64,000 nt of DNA from Lachnospiraceae bacterium (lineage in GTDB: Bacteria; Bacillota; Clostridia; Lachnospirales; Lachnospiraceae), in the NCBI GenBank assembly GCA_024684085.1, contig JAIKXM010000038.1, forward strand, positions 8,895-72,894, read 5' to 3'. The position numbers and the translations under genes were made by a program. The notes beneath the pieces are model-generated. The model was not told where the DNA came from, made no database searches, and saw only the letters and a program-made list of their open reading frames with translations. Shown here piece by piece: positions 1-10,814 of this stretch. Positions within the stretch are counted from its first letter, which is position 1. The number at the start of each line of letters is the position of its first letter.

Positions 1-2
1 GA

Positions 3-758
3 GATGTGGAGGATGAAGAAGTCGTACAGCCGTTGAAGCCTGTGTTAAGAGTTGCCACTGAGCGTGATGATGAACAGGAGGCTAAGAATAAGGAGAAAGA
101 GAAGGAAGCTTTTAAGATCTGTCTTGAGAAGATAGCGAGACGCGGTCTTGAGATGAAGCTTATTGATGCAGAGTACACTTTTGATAATAACAAAGTGCTG
201 TTCTATTTTACGGCAGACGGAAGAATAGACTTCCGTGAGCTGGTCAAGGATCTGGCAGCAGTGTTCAAGACAAGAATAGAGCTCAGACAGATCGGTGTCA
301 GAGATGAGACCAAGATAAGGGGCGGAATCGGAATCTGCGGAAGACCGCTGTGCTGTAACAGCTACCAGTCCGATTTCATTCCTGTTTCGATCAAGATGGC
401 CAAGGAGCAGAATCTGTCGCTGAACCCTACCAAGATCTCAGGTGTGTGCGGACGACTGATGTGCTGTCTTAAGTATGAAGAAGATACATATGAGGAATTG
501 AACAGGAAGCTTCCCAATACAGGAGATTATGTTACGACTCAGGACGGACTTAAGGGTGAGGTCGCTTCTGTCAATGTGCTCAGGCAGACCGTGCGTGTGA
601 TCGTTGAGAACGGAGACGAGAAGGAGATCCATGAGTATAAGGCTGAAGAACTTAGATTCAAGAAGCGACACCGCAAGGAGAAGCAGTTATCCAAGGAAGA
701 GATGAAGGAGCTGGCCGCTCTTGAGAAGCAGGACAAGTCGCAGGGCCTGGACGGATAG
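3..758 (+). CDS. yaaT: PSP1-domain stage 0 sporulation family protein (YaaT/RicT), 5'-truncated by window edge
   Basis: FYFTADGRIDFRELVKDLA, GGIGICGRPLCC and KISGVCGRLMCCL motifs; lies upstream of the methyltransferase and rsmI as in Firmicutes. Confidence 0.92.
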   Translation, partial: DVEDEEVVQPLKPVLRVATERDDEQEAKNKEKEKEAFKICLEKIARRGLEMKLIDAEYTFDNNKVLFYFTADGRIDFRELVKDLAAVFKTRIELRQIGVRDETKIRGGIGICGRPLCCNSYQSDFIPVSIKMAKEQNLSLNPTKISGVCGRLMCCLKYEEDTYEELNRKLPNTGDYVTTQDGLKGEVASVNVLRQTVRVIVENGDEKEIHEYKAEELRFKKRHRKEKQLSKEEMKELAALEKQDKSQGLDG

Positions 759-788
759 TCGCAGACAGGTTAATTGATCATGAGTATT

Positions 789-815
789 AAGGGATACTGC
801 GAAGTATCCCTTTTT
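789..815 (+). terminator. intrinsic terminator-like hairpin
   Basis: AAGGGATACT-gcga-AGTATCCCTT followed by T run. Confidence 0.7.
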
Positions 816-834
816 ATATAGAGTGAGGCAAAAA

Positions 835-1584
835 ATGGGCGAATCAGTGATCAGGCCGGGGGAGAGAGTCGACGATCTCCAGCGAGACGGTCTTAAGATA
901 ATTCAGGATCCGGAGAGATTCTGTTTCGGAATAGACGCAGTGCTTTTGAGCGATTTTGCAAGAGCAAAAGAAGGCGATAAGGTATTGGATCTCGGTACGG
1001 GAACAGGGATAATACCCATCCTTATGAGCGCGAAGACGCGCGCCGGACATTATACGGCACTTGAGATACAGAGCGAGTCGGTCGAGATTGCAAGACGGAG
1101 TGTGAGTCTTAATTCTCTTGAAGATAAGATCGAGATAGTGGAAGGGGATATCAAGGAAGCACCGGATATATTACCCAAGTCGTATTACAACGTGGTGACC
1201 AGCAATCCACCGTATATGATAGATATGCATGGACTTAAGAATGAAGCCGATTGTAAGAGTATAGCAAGACATGAGGTGTTATGTAACCTTGAAGATGTTG
1301 TGAACGCAGCGGCAAAAGCCCTTGTTCCGGGCGGATGTTTCTATATGATACATAGGCCGTTCAGATTGTCAGAGATATTAGTTATGTTAACTAAATACAA
1401 ACTGGAACCCAAGCGGATACGTTTCATACATCCTTATGTGGATAAGGAGCCGAGTATGGTGCTGATCGAATCCAAAAGGGGTGCGAGATCCGGGGTCGTG
1501 ATCGAGAAACCGCTTATCATATATGAACGTCCGGGACAATATACGGAGGAATGTGTTCGGATCTACGGAGCTACAGGACCTTAA
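835..1584 (+). CDS. tRNA1(Val) m6A37 methyltransferase (YabB/TrmN6 family)
   Basis: VLDLGTGTG SAM motif, NPPY, ARHE; ATG at 835 after GAGG. Confidence 0.85.
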   Translation: MGESVIRPGERVDDLQRDGLKIIQDPERFCFGIDAVLLSDFARAKEGDKVLDLGTGTGIIPILMSAKTRAGHYTALEIQSESVEIARRSVSLNSLEDKIEIVEGDIKEAPDILPKSYYNVVTSNPPYMIDMHGLKNEADCKSIARHEVLCNLEDVVNAAAKALVPGGCFYMIHRPFRLSEILVMLTKYKLEPKRIRFIHPYVDKEPSMVLIESKRGARSGVVIEKPLIIYERPGQYTEECVRIYGATGP

Positions 1585-1677
1585 AACACGGTAAGTTTTA
1601 AAGATATCTGCAATCGTGCTAATGCCGTAAGAAGGTTTCGCACACGCAATGCATAAGATGGTAAAGGGAGATAGAGT

Positions 1678-2523
1678 ATGGCAGGAATGTTGTATCTGTG
1701 CGCGACACCTATAGGCAACCTACAGGATATGTCGCCGAGAATAATAGAGACACTTGGAATGGTCGATCTGATCGCAGCGGAAGATACCAGAAATTCCATC
1801 AAATTACTTAATCACTTTGGGATCAGCACTCCCATGACCAGTTATCATGAATACAATAAGATAGATAAGGCGAGAACTCTTATCGCCAAGATGAAAGAAG
1901 GTCAGAATGTGGCTCTGATCACAGATGCCGGAACTCCGGGCATATCCGATCCCGGTGAAGTGCTGGTGGCAATGTGTATGGAGGAAGGCATCAGAGTGAC
2001 TTCACTTCCCGGACCGGCAGCGCTTATAGTGGCACTTACCCTCTCGGGACTTCATACAAGGCGTTTTTGCTTTGAAGCATTTCTTCCTTCGGATAAAAAA
2101 GAGAGGACCCTGATACTTAATGACCTTAAGGATGAGACGCGTACCATAATAATCTACGAAGCGCCGCATCATCTTAAGTCAACACTTAAGGAATTATCCG
2201 ATACTCTGGGGGAACGCCGGATCACCGTCTGTCGCGAGCTGACCAAGAAGTTCGAGACCGTTATGCCTACTACATTAAACGGGGCGATAGCATATTATGA
2301 AGATAATGATCCGAGAGGAGAATACGTTCTGGTCATCGAAGGCAGGAACTTCGCAGACATAGAGCAGGAGAAACAGGACAGCTACCGCGAAGTATCCATT
2401 GAAGATCATATGCAGATGTATCTGGATAAGGGTATGGATCAGAAGGAAGCCATGAAGGCCGTGGCCAAAGACAGAGGGGTATCGAAAAGGGATATCTATA
2501 ACTATTTGCTGGGGAGCAAATGA
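1678..2523 (+). CDS. rsmI: 16S rRNA C1402 2'-O-methyltransferase
   Basis: LYLCATPIGNL, AAEDTR, DAGTPGISDPG, RELTKKFE. Confidence 0.95.
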   Translation: MAGMLYLCATPIGNLQDMSPRIIETLGMVDLIAAEDTRNSIKLLNHFGISTPMTSYHEYNKIDKARTLIAKMKEGQNVALITDAGTPGISDPGEVLVAMCMEEGIRVTSLPGPAALIVALTLSGLHTRRFCFEAFLPSDKKERTLILNDLKDETRTIIIYEAPHHLKSTLKELSDTLGERRITVCRELTKKFETVMPTTLNGAIAYYEDNDPRGEYVLVIEGRNFADIEQEKQDSYREVSIEDHMQMYLDKGMDQKEAMKAVAKDRGVSKRDIYNYLLGSK

Positions 2524-2710
2524 CATAGGATACATTCAGTGGGAAATGTTTCTCGGGGAGAAGATGGACGGAATGGAAGAAATCCGCTTGAAAAATGCGG
2601 CATTTATGTTAGAATTTAACTATTGTGTTGCTTATATCCTTTCGCACGGATACAGGCAGTGAAGAAATGTTAATCGTTAGAATTTATTGATCATTATTGG
2701 AGGTTCAAAA

Positions 2711-3499
2711 ATGAAGAAATTGTTGGTAGGAGCGTTAGCTGTATGCCTTACATTAGGTCTTGCAGCTTGCGGCAGTAAAGTGGCAGAGAATAGTGTATTC
2801 GGTTCGGATGATCTTCCGGGCAAGACTATCGGTGTTCAGTTGGGAACAACCGGTGATATCTATGCAAGTGATTATGAGGCAGAAGGTTCAACTATCGAGA
2901 GATATAATAAGGGTGCAGATGCCATTCAGGCTCTTAAGCAGGGCAAGGTGGATTGCGTTATAATCGATGAGCAGCCCGCTATCGCATTTGCAGCTAAGAA
3001 TGATGATATCACTATCATTGAAGAAGAGTTCACGGTTGAGGATTATGCGATCTGTCTTGATAAGTCCAATTCGGAGCTTACAGCAGAGATCAATGGTGCT
3101 ATAGCAGATCTCAAGGCTGACGGCACATTCGATCAGATCATTGCCAATTATATCGGTGATGATACTAAGGGAACATGTCCTTACGAGTCTCCCGAAGGAA
3201 CAGACAGAAGCAGAGGTACACTTGTTATGGCTACCAACGCAGCCTTCGAGCCTTATGAGTACTATAAGGATCAGAGGATCGTAGGTATCGATGCGGAACT
3301 TGCACTTGCCATCTGTGACAAACTTGGATATGAACTTTCTATCGAAGATATGGAATTTGATTCGATCATCAATGCCGTTACAAGCGGTAAGGCTGATTTT
3401 GGTATGGCCGGTATGACCGTTACCGAGGACAGACTTAAGAGCGTTGATTTCTCAGATCCATATACGACTTCCAAGCAGGTAATAGTAGTTCGTAAGTAA
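2711..3499 (+). CDS. polar amino-acid ABC transporter substrate-binding lipoprotein (family 3), circularly permuted
   Basis: lipobox LAAC; family-3 SBP motifs present but in swapped order; ATG at 2711 after GGAGG. Confidence 0.88.
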   Translation: MKKLLVGALAVCLTLGLAACGSKVAENSVFGSDDLPGKTIGVQLGTTGDIYASDYEAEGSTIERYNKGADAIQALKQGKVDCVIIDEQPAIAFAAKNDDITIIEEEFTVEDYAICLDKSNSELTAEINGAIADLKADGTFDQIIANYIGDDTKGTCPYESPEGTDRSRGTLVMATNAAFEPYEYYKDQRIVGIDAELALAICDKLGYELSIEDMEFDSIINAVTSGKADFGMAGMTVTEDRLKSVDFSDPYTTSKQVIVVRK

Positions 3500-3513
3500 T
3501 TAGCGTTATCCGG

Positions 3514-3540
3514 GGGAACTGCGATATGGCAGTTCCCTTT
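3514..3540 (+). terminator. terminator/stabilising hairpin after the SBP gene
   Basis: GGGAACTGC-gatatg-GCAGTTCCC-TTT. Confidence 0.65.
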
Positions 3541-3664
3541 GTTGTTATCAAATAAATAACAACAAAGCTTCGCTTTATGAGAGAGAGCGCGCGAAAGGTA
3601 GATTAAAGATCCGCGCTCGGCGCGAGAATGTCGCAAGTGACAATCTTTCTTGTTAGAGGTAAAA

Positions 3665-4366
3665 ATGATGGGTCTGAAGGAAAAATTCATCCTCAACTTT
3701 ATTGAGGATTCGAGATGGAAATACATAACGGAAGGACTTGGTACAACCTTTATCGTAACCATTTTTGCGATAATACTGGGTGTGGCGCTGGGCTTCCTTA
3801 TTGCTGTTGTGAGATCGACGGCTGACAAGACGGAAGGACATAAGGGGATAGTATTAAGATTTCTTGATCTTATATGCAGAGTTTATCTGACGGTGATCCG
3901 TGGAACACCTGCCATGATACAGCTTCTGATCATGTACTATATCATCTTTACCAGTCCCAATGTCAGCAAGAGAGTCGTTGCGATCCTGACCTTTGGATTC
4001 AATTCCGCAGCCTACGTGGCAGAGATAATCAGATCCGGCATCATGTCTATCGATAACGGACAGTTTGAGGCGGGTCGTTCGCTCGGAATGAATTATGTAC
4101 AGACCATGATCTATATAATCACTCCGCAGGCATTCCGCAATATCCTGCCGGCGCTTGCCAACGAGTTCATCACATTGTTAAAAGAAACCTCTATCTGCGG
4201 TTATATAGCTCTTACGGATATCACTCACGGAGCCAATGTTATCAGAAGTCAGACTTATGAGCCCATGCTTCCGTTGCTCGGAGCGGCACTTATATATCTG
4301 ACAGTCGTGTCAGTAATGTCTATGGGCGTTACCAGACTGGAAAGGAGGCTTCGCAATGATAGATAA
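3665..4366 (+). CDS. amino-acid ABC transporter permease (GlnP/HisM family)
   Basis: [29 protein letters not shown] (EAA loop). Confidence 0.93.
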   Translation: MMGLKEKFILNFIEDSRWKYITEGLGTTFIVTIFAIILGVALGFLIAVVRSTADKTEGHKGIVLRFLDLICRVYLTVIRGTPAMIQLLIMYYIIFTSPNVSKRVVAILTFGFNSAAYVAEIIRSGIMSIDNGQFEAGRSLGMNYVQTMIYIITPQAFRNILPALANEFITLLKETSICGYIALTDITHGANVIRSQTYEPMLPLLGAALIYLTVVSVMSMGVTRLERRLRNDR

Positions 4367-5099
4367 GGAACAGGTATTATTTGAGATAGAAGATCTTAAG
4401 AAAGACTTCGAAGACATTCAGGTCTTAAAAGGTATCAGCACCAAGATATACAAGGGCGAGGTCGTAGTTATCATCGGACCTTCGGGTTCGGGTAAATCTA
4501 CTTTCTTAAGATCGCTTAATCTTCTGGAGCATCCGACAGGCGGAAGGATCACCTTCGAAGGAAGGGATATAACCGATCCTTCAACAGATATCAATCTGTA
4601 CAGACAGAAGATAGGTATGGTATTCCAGCATTTTAATCTTTTTCCGCATAAGACGATCCTTGAGAATCTGACGCTTGCACCGATCAAGGTTTTGGGTAAG
4701 AAGCGTGAAGATGCCGAGAAGCTCGGTAGAGAGATGCTTGCCAGAGTCGGACTTGAAGAAAAGGCCGATGCTTATCCGAGTCAGCTCTCCGGCGGTCAGA
4801 AGCAGAGAGTGGCGATAGTAAGATCTCTGTGCATGGAGCCTGATGTCATCCTCTTTGACGAACCTACTTCAGCACTCGATCCGGAGATGGTAGGAGAGGT
4901 TCTTGAGGTAATGAAGGAACTGGCTCATCAGGGAATGACCATGATAGTGGTAACACATGAGATGGGATTCGCGCGTGAAGTCGGAACGAGAGTCATGTTC
5001 GTGGATGAAGGACTTATCAAGGAAGAGAATACTCCCGAGGAGTTCTTTGGCAATCCTTCGAATCCGAGATTACAGGATTTCCTTGCCAAGGTTCTGTGA
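4356..5099 (+). CDS. amino-acid ABC transporter ATP-binding protein (GlnQ family)
   Basis: [34 protein letters not shown]. Confidence 0.95.
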   Translation: MIDKEQVLFEIEDLKKDFEDIQVLKGISTKIYKGEVVVIIGPSGSGKSTFLRSLNLLEHPTGGRITFEGRDITDPSTDINLYRQKIGMVFQHFNLFPHKTILENLTLAPIKVLGKKREDAEKLGREMLARVGLEEKADAYPSQLSGGQKQRVAIVRSLCMEPDVILFDEPTSALDPEMVGEVLEVMKELAHQGMTMIVVTHEMGFAREVGTRVMFVDEGLIKEENTPEEFFGNPSNPRLQDFLAKVL

Positions 5100-5321
5100 T
5101 GCGATCACATCTTCATGTACGTGATCCTCATATTTCGTTCATGTATAAAACATTATATATTGAGTGAAAAATTCACAAAATTACGAGTAACTACGGCGTA
5201 AAGTTAGACTTAAGTGCTCTTGCTTTTTACAATGTATAAATGTAGAATATTAGCGTGTATGTGCAGAGCATACTTGAAAAGCCGAAACTAATAGAAAGCT
5301 TTATATGGAAAGAGAACAGAT

Positions 5322-6149
5322 ATGACAAATCAGGAATTGAAGAAATGCGCTAACGAAGTTCGAAAAGGTATCATTAAGTCTACTCACAGTGCTAAATCAG
5401 GTCATCCGGGCGGATCATTATCGGCAACGGAGATCTTCACATATCTCTTTATGGAAGAGATGAACATAGACCCCAAGAACCCTGCAAAGGCAGACAGAGA
5501 CCGCTTTGTTCTGAGTAAGGGTCATACAGCGCCGGGTATGTATTCGGCTATGGCATGCAGAGGATACTTCCCCGAGGAAGAGCTTCTTACACTCCGCAAG
5601 GTGGGATCGAGACTTCAGGGCCATCCCTGTATGAGACATCTTCCGGGCGTGGATATGTCTACGGGATCTCTTGGTCAGGGCATTTCGGCAGCAGTCGGAA
5701 TGGCGCTCGGAGCCAAGCTTGATAAGATGGATTACAGGGTATATACACTTCTCGGTGACGGTGAGATCCAGGAAGGCCAGGTATGGGAGGCCGCAATGTT
5801 CGCAAGTCATCGCAAGCTGGACAACCTTGTAGTGATAGTAGATAATAACGGTCTTCAGATAGACGGAGAGATAGATAAGGTATGTTCACCTTATCCTATC
5901 GATGAGAAGTTCGCAGCCTTTGGCTTCCATGTGATCAATATCGACGGTCACGACTTCGATGCCATACGTAAGGCATTCGACGAGGCTAAGTCTGTTAAGG
6001 GTCAGCCTACTGTCATAATCGCCAAGACGATCAAGGGCAAGGGCGTGTCTTTCATGGAAGGCGAAGCCGGCTGGCACGGAAAGGCTACCAATGATGAGCA
6101 GACAGAGATCGCTCTTAAGGAACTTGAAGAGATCGGTAAGAATTTATAG
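5322..6149 (+). CDS. transketolase, N-terminal subunit
   Basis: SGHPGGSLS, DRFVLSKGH, TGSLGQG, GDGEIQEG TPP motif. Confidence 0.93.
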   Translation: MTNQELKKCANEVRKGIIKSTHSAKSGHPGGSLSATEIFTYLFMEEMNIDPKNPAKADRDRFVLSKGHTAPGMYSAMACRGYFPEEELLTLRKVGSRLQGHPCMRHLPGVDMSTGSLGQGISAAVGMALGAKLDKMDYRVYTLLGDGEIQEGQVWEAAMFASHRKLDNLVVIVDNNGLQIDGEIDKVCSPYPIDEKFAAFGFHVINIDGHDFDAIRKAFDEAKSVKGQPTVIIAKTIKGKGVSFMEGEAGWHGKATNDEQTEIALKELEEIGKNL

Positions 6150-6160
6150 GAGGATAATAC

Positions 6161-7114
6161 ATGTCAGAGGTTAAGAAGATAGCGACAAGAGAAGGATATG
6201 CGGAAGCACTCCTTGAACTTGGTGAGAAGAACCCTAAGGTGGTTGTCCTTGATGCGGATCTGGCGGGAGCTACCAAGACAGGCGTGTTCGCCAAGGCTTA
6301 TCCTGACAGACATATAGATTGCGGTATCGCTGAGGCCAATATGGCAGGTATCGCAGCAGGACTTGCAACAACAGGCAAGATCCCTTTTATGAGTTCATTC
6401 GCAATGTTCGCAACAGGACGTGCATATGAACAGATCAGGAACACCATAGGTTACCCTCATCTTAATGTCAAAATAGCAGCGACTCACGGAGGTATCACGG
6501 TCGGAGAAGACGGAGCATCTCATCAGTGCAACGAGGATCTGTCTCTCATGCGTAATATACCCGGTATGGTAGTGGTCAATCCTTCGGATGCTATCGAAGC
6601 CAAGGCAGCAGTTCTTGCACTGGCAGAGTATGAAGGACCTGCTTATATCAGATTCGGAAGAGCTAACGTTCCCGTTATCAATGACAGGGAAGACTACAGA
6701 TTTGAATTATTCAAGGCTCAGGTTCTGAAGGAAGGTAAGGATGTGACGATCCTTGCTACGGGCATTCTTGTGAGCGCGGCTCTTGAGGCTGCCGAGAAGC
6801 TTAAGGCTGACGGAATAGATGCCGAAGTTATCAATGTAGCGACCATTAAGCCTCTTGATGAGGAGACTATCCTTAAGTCGGTTAAGAAGACCGGTAAGGT
6901 GGTGACTGCGGAGGAGCATTCAATAATCGGAGGACTCGGAGGTGCGGTCTGCGAACTCTTGAGTGAGAAGTATCCGGTACCTGTTAAGAGACTGGGTGTC
7001 AATGATGTGTTCGGTGAATCCGGAAGCGCCGCAGAGCTTATCGTTAAGTTCGAGATGGATGGCAACGGAGTATACAAGAATATCAAAGGATTCATGGAGA
7101 GTATTAATAAATGA
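6161..7114 (+). CDS. transketolase, C-terminal subunit
   Basis: GIAEANM, GEDGASHQ, TIKPLD, EEHSIIGGLG. Confidence 0.93.
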   Translation: MSEVKKIATREGYAEALLELGEKNPKVVVLDADLAGATKTGVFAKAYPDRHIDCGIAEANMAGIAAGLATTGKIPFMSSFAMFATGRAYEQIRNTIGYPHLNVKIAATHGGITVGEDGASHQCNEDLSLMRNIPGMVVVNPSDAIEAKAAVLALAEYEGPAYIRFGRANVPVINDREDYRFELFKAQVLKEGKDVTILATGILVSAALEAAEKLKADGIDAEVINVATIKPLDEETILKSVKKTGKVVTAEEHSIIGGLGGAVCELLSEKYPVPVKRLGVNDVFGESGSAAELIVKFEMDGNGVYKNIKGFMESINK

Positions 7115-7119
7115 TCAAT

Positions 7120-7151
7120 AAGGATTGCAGCATTCGGGCTGCAATCCTTTT
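7120..7151 (+). terminator. intrinsic terminator
   Basis: AAGGATTGCAGC-loop-GCTGCAATCCTTTT. Confidence 0.8.
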
Positions 7152-7299
7152 GGCATTATGCTTTAGCCTGCGGAAGAGTCGATCTGATGCATGAGGTACA
7201 GGCTGTCTCAGGGCAGAGCGGCAGTAATAAAGCATGCATGAAGTATAGCTGCTATAGGGCTTAGCTGATGGTTAGATTAATTAAATGGTAGGTAAGAAA

Positions 7300-7971
7300 A
7301 TGCGAAAGAATATTTTGTCGCCCTCTATCCTGTCGGCAGACTTCTGCCATCTGGGAGAGGATATACAGAAGGCCGTGGAAGGCGGGGCAGAGTATATACA
7401 TATCGATGTGATGGATGGGATATTTGTTCCTCAGATCAGTTTTGGAATGTGTGTCCAGAAGAGCATAAGGAAATGCACGGACAAAGTCTTCGATACACAT
7501 CTTATGATAACCGAGCCGATAAGATATGTTGAGGAGTTTGCTTCCATTGGCAGTGATATCATAACAGTACATCTTGAAGCCTGTGAGGATGTTGCGGCTA
7601 CTCTTAAGAAGATAAGGGAATCGGGTTGTAAGGCAGGTCTCTCCATAAAACCGGCTACGAAGACAGAAGAGCTTAAGCCTTACCTGGAGCTTGTTGATAT
7701 GATACTGATAATGAGCGTTGAGCCGGGATTCGGAGGTCAGAGTTATATTGAGACATCGACTGCCAAGATTGCCGAGACAAGAGCGATGATAGATGAGAGC
7801 GGTCTTGACATCGACCTTGAAGTGGACGGAGGCATCAACAAGGAGAATGTAAGTATGGTCCTTGAGGCAGGCGCCAATGTTATCGTAGCGGGATCCGCTG
7901 TCTTCAAGGATGATATCAGGCAGAATGCGGCCGATTTTGCAAGGATCATGTGCTGCGACTCTTCCATGTGA
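7300..7971 (+). CDS. rpe: ribulose-phosphate 3-epimerase
   Basis: SPSILSADF, HIDVMDG, DTHLM, MSVEPGFGGQ, VDGGI. Confidence 0.95.
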   Translation: MRKNILSPSILSADFCHLGEDIQKAVEGGAEYIHIDVMDGIFVPQISFGMCVQKSIRKCTDKVFDTHLMITEPIRYVEEFASIGSDIITVHLEACEDVAATLKKIRESGCKAGLSIKPATKTEELKPYLELVDMILIMSVEPGFGGQSYIETSTAKIAETRAMIDESGLDIDLEVDGGINKENVSMVLEAGANVIVAGSAVFKDDIRQNAADFARIMCCDSSM

Positions 7972-8121
7972 CCTGAGCGTAAAGGAAATTGAGGAAGAAG
8001 TCGGCAGACATATGAAGAGTCAGATGATTGTGTTATAATTATTGATACTGTCTTATGTTAGGTTATAGGATAGCTGGTCAATGTCCTCAGACAAGAATAA
8101 TACAGATTGGAGTATATGTTG

Positions 8122-10101
8122 ATGACAGATAAGGGAAAATACTATTTAACAACGGCGATAGCTTATACATCGGGTAAGCCTCATATAGGCAATTCATATG
8201 AAGTCGTAATGGCTGATGCTATCGCAAGATATAAGAGACAGTGCGGATACGATGTATTCTTCCAGACAGGAACCGACGAGCACGGCCTTAAAATCGAAGA
8301 GAAGGCTGCGGCAGCAGGAGTCTCACCCAAGGAGTTTGTAGACAAGGTTGCCGGCGAGATAAGGAGTATCTGCGATAATCTGCATGTCTCATATGACAAG
8401 TTCATACGTACAACAGATAAGGATCATGAGGAGCAGATCCAGAAGATCTTCAAGAAGATGTATGACAAGGGCGATATCTACAAGGGCGAATACAAGGGTA
8501 TGTACTGTACTCCCTGTGAGTCTTTCTGGACAGAGTCTCAGCTTAAGGACGGCAAGTGCCCCGACTGCGGAAGAGATGTTAAGCCTGCAAGTGAAGAGGC
8601 TTATTTCTTCAAGATGAGCAAGTATGCTGACAGACTTATCGAGCATATCAATACTCATCCCGAGTTCATTCAGCCCGTGTCACGTAAGAACGAGATGATG
8701 AATAATTTCCTTCTGCCCGGACTTCAGGATCTCTGCGTTTCCCGTACTACGGTTAAGTGGGGCGTGCCTGTAAGCTTTGATGACAAGCATGTCGTATATA
8801 TCTGGCTTGATGCGCTTTCCAACTATATCACCGGTATAGGTTACGATGCCGACGGTAACAGCTCTGAGCAGTACAAGAAGTTATGGCCTGCCGATCTTCA
8901 TCTTATCGGCAAGGATATCGTAAGATTCCATGTAATCTACTGGCCTATCTTCTTAATGTCTCTCGGCGAGCCTCTGCCTGAGCATGTATTCGGTCATCCC
9001 TGGTTGCTTCAGGGCGGTGAGAAGATGAGTAAGTCTAAGGGTAACGTGATCTATGCTGACGACCTTATCGATGTATTCGGCATTGATGCGGTAAGATATT
9101 TCCTGCTTCATGAGATGCCTTATGAGAACGACGGAACGATCACCTGGGATCTTGTAATAGAGAGATTTAATTCGGAGCTTGCCAATGTCCTCGGTAATCT
9201 GGTAAGCCGTACGATAGCTATGAGCAATAAATACTTCGGTGGAGTTGTTAAGTCTACGGGCGTAACGGCCGAAGTGGATGTTGACCTTAAAGCGGTTGTA
9301 ACGTCTGCAAGGGACAAAGCAGCAGAGAAGATGGATCATATGCGTGTGGCAGATGCGATGACTGAGATCTTCTCTCTTTTCAGAAGATGCAATAAGTATA
9401 TCGATGAGACCGAGCCATGGGTACTCGCCAAGAACGAAGCGGATCATGACCGTCTTGCAGAGGTTCTCTATAATCTTACGGAGTCGATCGCTATAGGTTC
9501 TAATCTCCTGATCCCTTATATGCCTGATGTCGCTTCAAAGATCCTTGAAGAGATCGGTGAAAAAGAGAGGGATTACGATGATCTGGATAAGTTCGGACTC
9601 TTTGAATCAGGCGCCAAAGTAACAGCTTCTCCTGAGGTTCTTTTCGCACGTCTTAAGAGCGAAGATATCATGGTTAAGGTTGCAGCCATTGAAGAGGCTC
9701 AGAAGGCTGAGTATATGCGCGAGAACGGTCTTACGGAAGAAGTGCAGGAAGACGTTATCGATATCGAGGCCAAGCCCGAGATCGAGTATGGTGATTTTGA
9801 TAAGCTTCAGTTCAGAGTGGGCAAGATCATTAGCTGTGAAGAGGTTAAGAAGTCCAAGAAGCTTCTGTGCTCACAGGTTCAGATCGGAAGCGAGGTTAAG
9901 CAGATAGTATCCGGGATCAAGCAGTATTACAGTGCCGAAGAGATGGTAGGTAAGAAGGTAATGGTGCTTACCAATCTTAAGCCTGCGGTACTGGCAGGAG
10001 TTAAGTCTGAAGGAATGCTTCTGTGTGCGGAAGATGCGGAAGGTAATCTTGCGCTTCTGACACCTGAGAAGGATATGCCTTCCGGAGCAGAGATCTGCTG
10101 A
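8122..10101 (+). CDS. metG: methionine-tRNA ligase with C-terminal tRNA-binding domain
   Basis: HIGN (HIGH), GTDEHG, CTPC/CPDC knuckle, KMSKS; exact start uncertain (8107-8122). Confidence 0.96.
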   Translation: MTDKGKYYLTTAIAYTSGKPHIGNSYEVVMADAIARYKRQCGYDVFFQTGTDEHGLKIEEKAAAAGVSPKEFVDKVAGEIRSICDNLHVSYDKFIRTTDKDHEEQIQKIFKKMYDKGDIYKGEYKGMYCTPCESFWTESQLKDGKCPDCGRDVKPASEEAYFFKMSKYADRLIEHINTHPEFIQPVSRKNEMMNNFLLPGLQDLCVSRTTVKWGVPVSFDDKHVVYIWLDALSNYITGIGYDADGNSSEQYKKLWPADLHLIGKDIVRFHVIYWPIFLMSLGEPLPEHVFGHPWLLQGGEKMSKSKGNVIYADDLIDVFGIDAVRYFLLHEMPYENDGTITWDLVIERFNSELANVLGNLVSRTIAMSNKYFGGVVKSTGVTAEVDVDLKAVVTSARDKAAEKMDHMRVADAMTEIFSLFRRCNKYIDETEPWVLAKNEADHDRLAEVLYNLTESIAIGSNLLIPYMPDVASKILEEIGEKERDYDDLDKFGLFESGAKVTASPEVLFARLKSEDIMVKVAAIEEAQKAEYMRENGLTEEVQEDVIDIEAKPEIEYGDFDKLQFRVGKIISCEEVKKSKKLLCSQVQIGSEVKQIVSGIKQYYSAEEMVGKKVMVLTNLKPAVLAGVKSEGMLLCAEDAEGNLALLTPEKDMPSGAEIC

Positions 10102-10181
10102 TATTTAGCGACTAAGCAAAGAGTATGATAATGTGCCGGTGACTGTTCGGGTTGCCGGCACTTATATGATATGAGGTGTTA

Positions 10182-10697
10182 ATGAGAGTTAAGATTATTA
10201 AGAGTTTCATTATCGGTCTGCTCATCTTCCTTTTGGGAACTTCGGTTTTTCTGTTGCCGGCATATGCGGAAGGAGAGTCTGAGGAATACGAGAAGATAGT
10301 GGGCATAATCAAAGATCAACTGAAGAATGGAGATATTTCGGACGAGGATGCCATAAGGAAGGCTATTGAAGAAGCTGAAGTGTCGGGCGGTTTTGAGATA
10401 AGTGATGAAGAGAGCGGGAAGATAGTCGATATACTTCAGACTATGGATAGGCTCGGCATCAACGGCACGGAGATAAGCGAGGTCATCGACGATCTTGAGC
10501 CGGATATAAGAGGCGGTAAGGATCTTGATACCGATGCGATGCTTAATAAGCTGGAGCAGGAGATCAGGGACAAGGTTCGTGAGAATATGGATCAGGCCGT
10601 GGATTCTTTCTGGGAGCGCCTTAAGATCTCGTTCACAGAGTTCATTCATTCGGCAGGCGACAGCATAAAGAACGCTATCAAGGGTCTCTTTGACTGA
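10182..10697 (+). CDS. secreted/membrane-anchored helical protein (possibly DUF1002-like)
   Basis: N-terminal signal peptide ending AYA, acidic helical body; ATG after GAGGTG. Confidence 0.55.
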   Translation: MRVKIIKSFIIGLLIFLLGTSVFLLPAYAEGESEEYEKIVGIIKDQLKNGDISDEDAIRKAIEEAEVSGGFEISDEESGKIVDILQTMDRLGINGTEISEVIDDLEPDIRGGKDLDTDAMLNKLEQEIRDKVRENMDQAVDSFWERLKISFTEFIHSAGDSIKNAIKGLFD

Positions 10698-10814
10698 TGC
10701 GTATCTGTGTTTGAGCCGGATATATTCTCGATAAGCGGGAATGTGAAATACTGCCGACGTAAGGCAAGGTATATGATCGTTGTGCAGTAATGAGTCTTAA
10801 CGGATACGAACTGA

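Noticed and set aside
5161-5178. Rex-like site GAGTGAAAAATTCACAA upstream of transketolase
   Set aside because: Spacer is 3 nt rather than 4 and the left half-site is degenerate
5322-7114. Transketolase split into two ORFs as a possible frameshift
   Set aside because: The second ORF has its own AGGAGG RBS; two-subunit transketolases are normal in Clostridia
7972-8121. T-box or SAM riboswitch upstream of metG
   Set aside because: Leader too short; no T-box sequence or terminator seen
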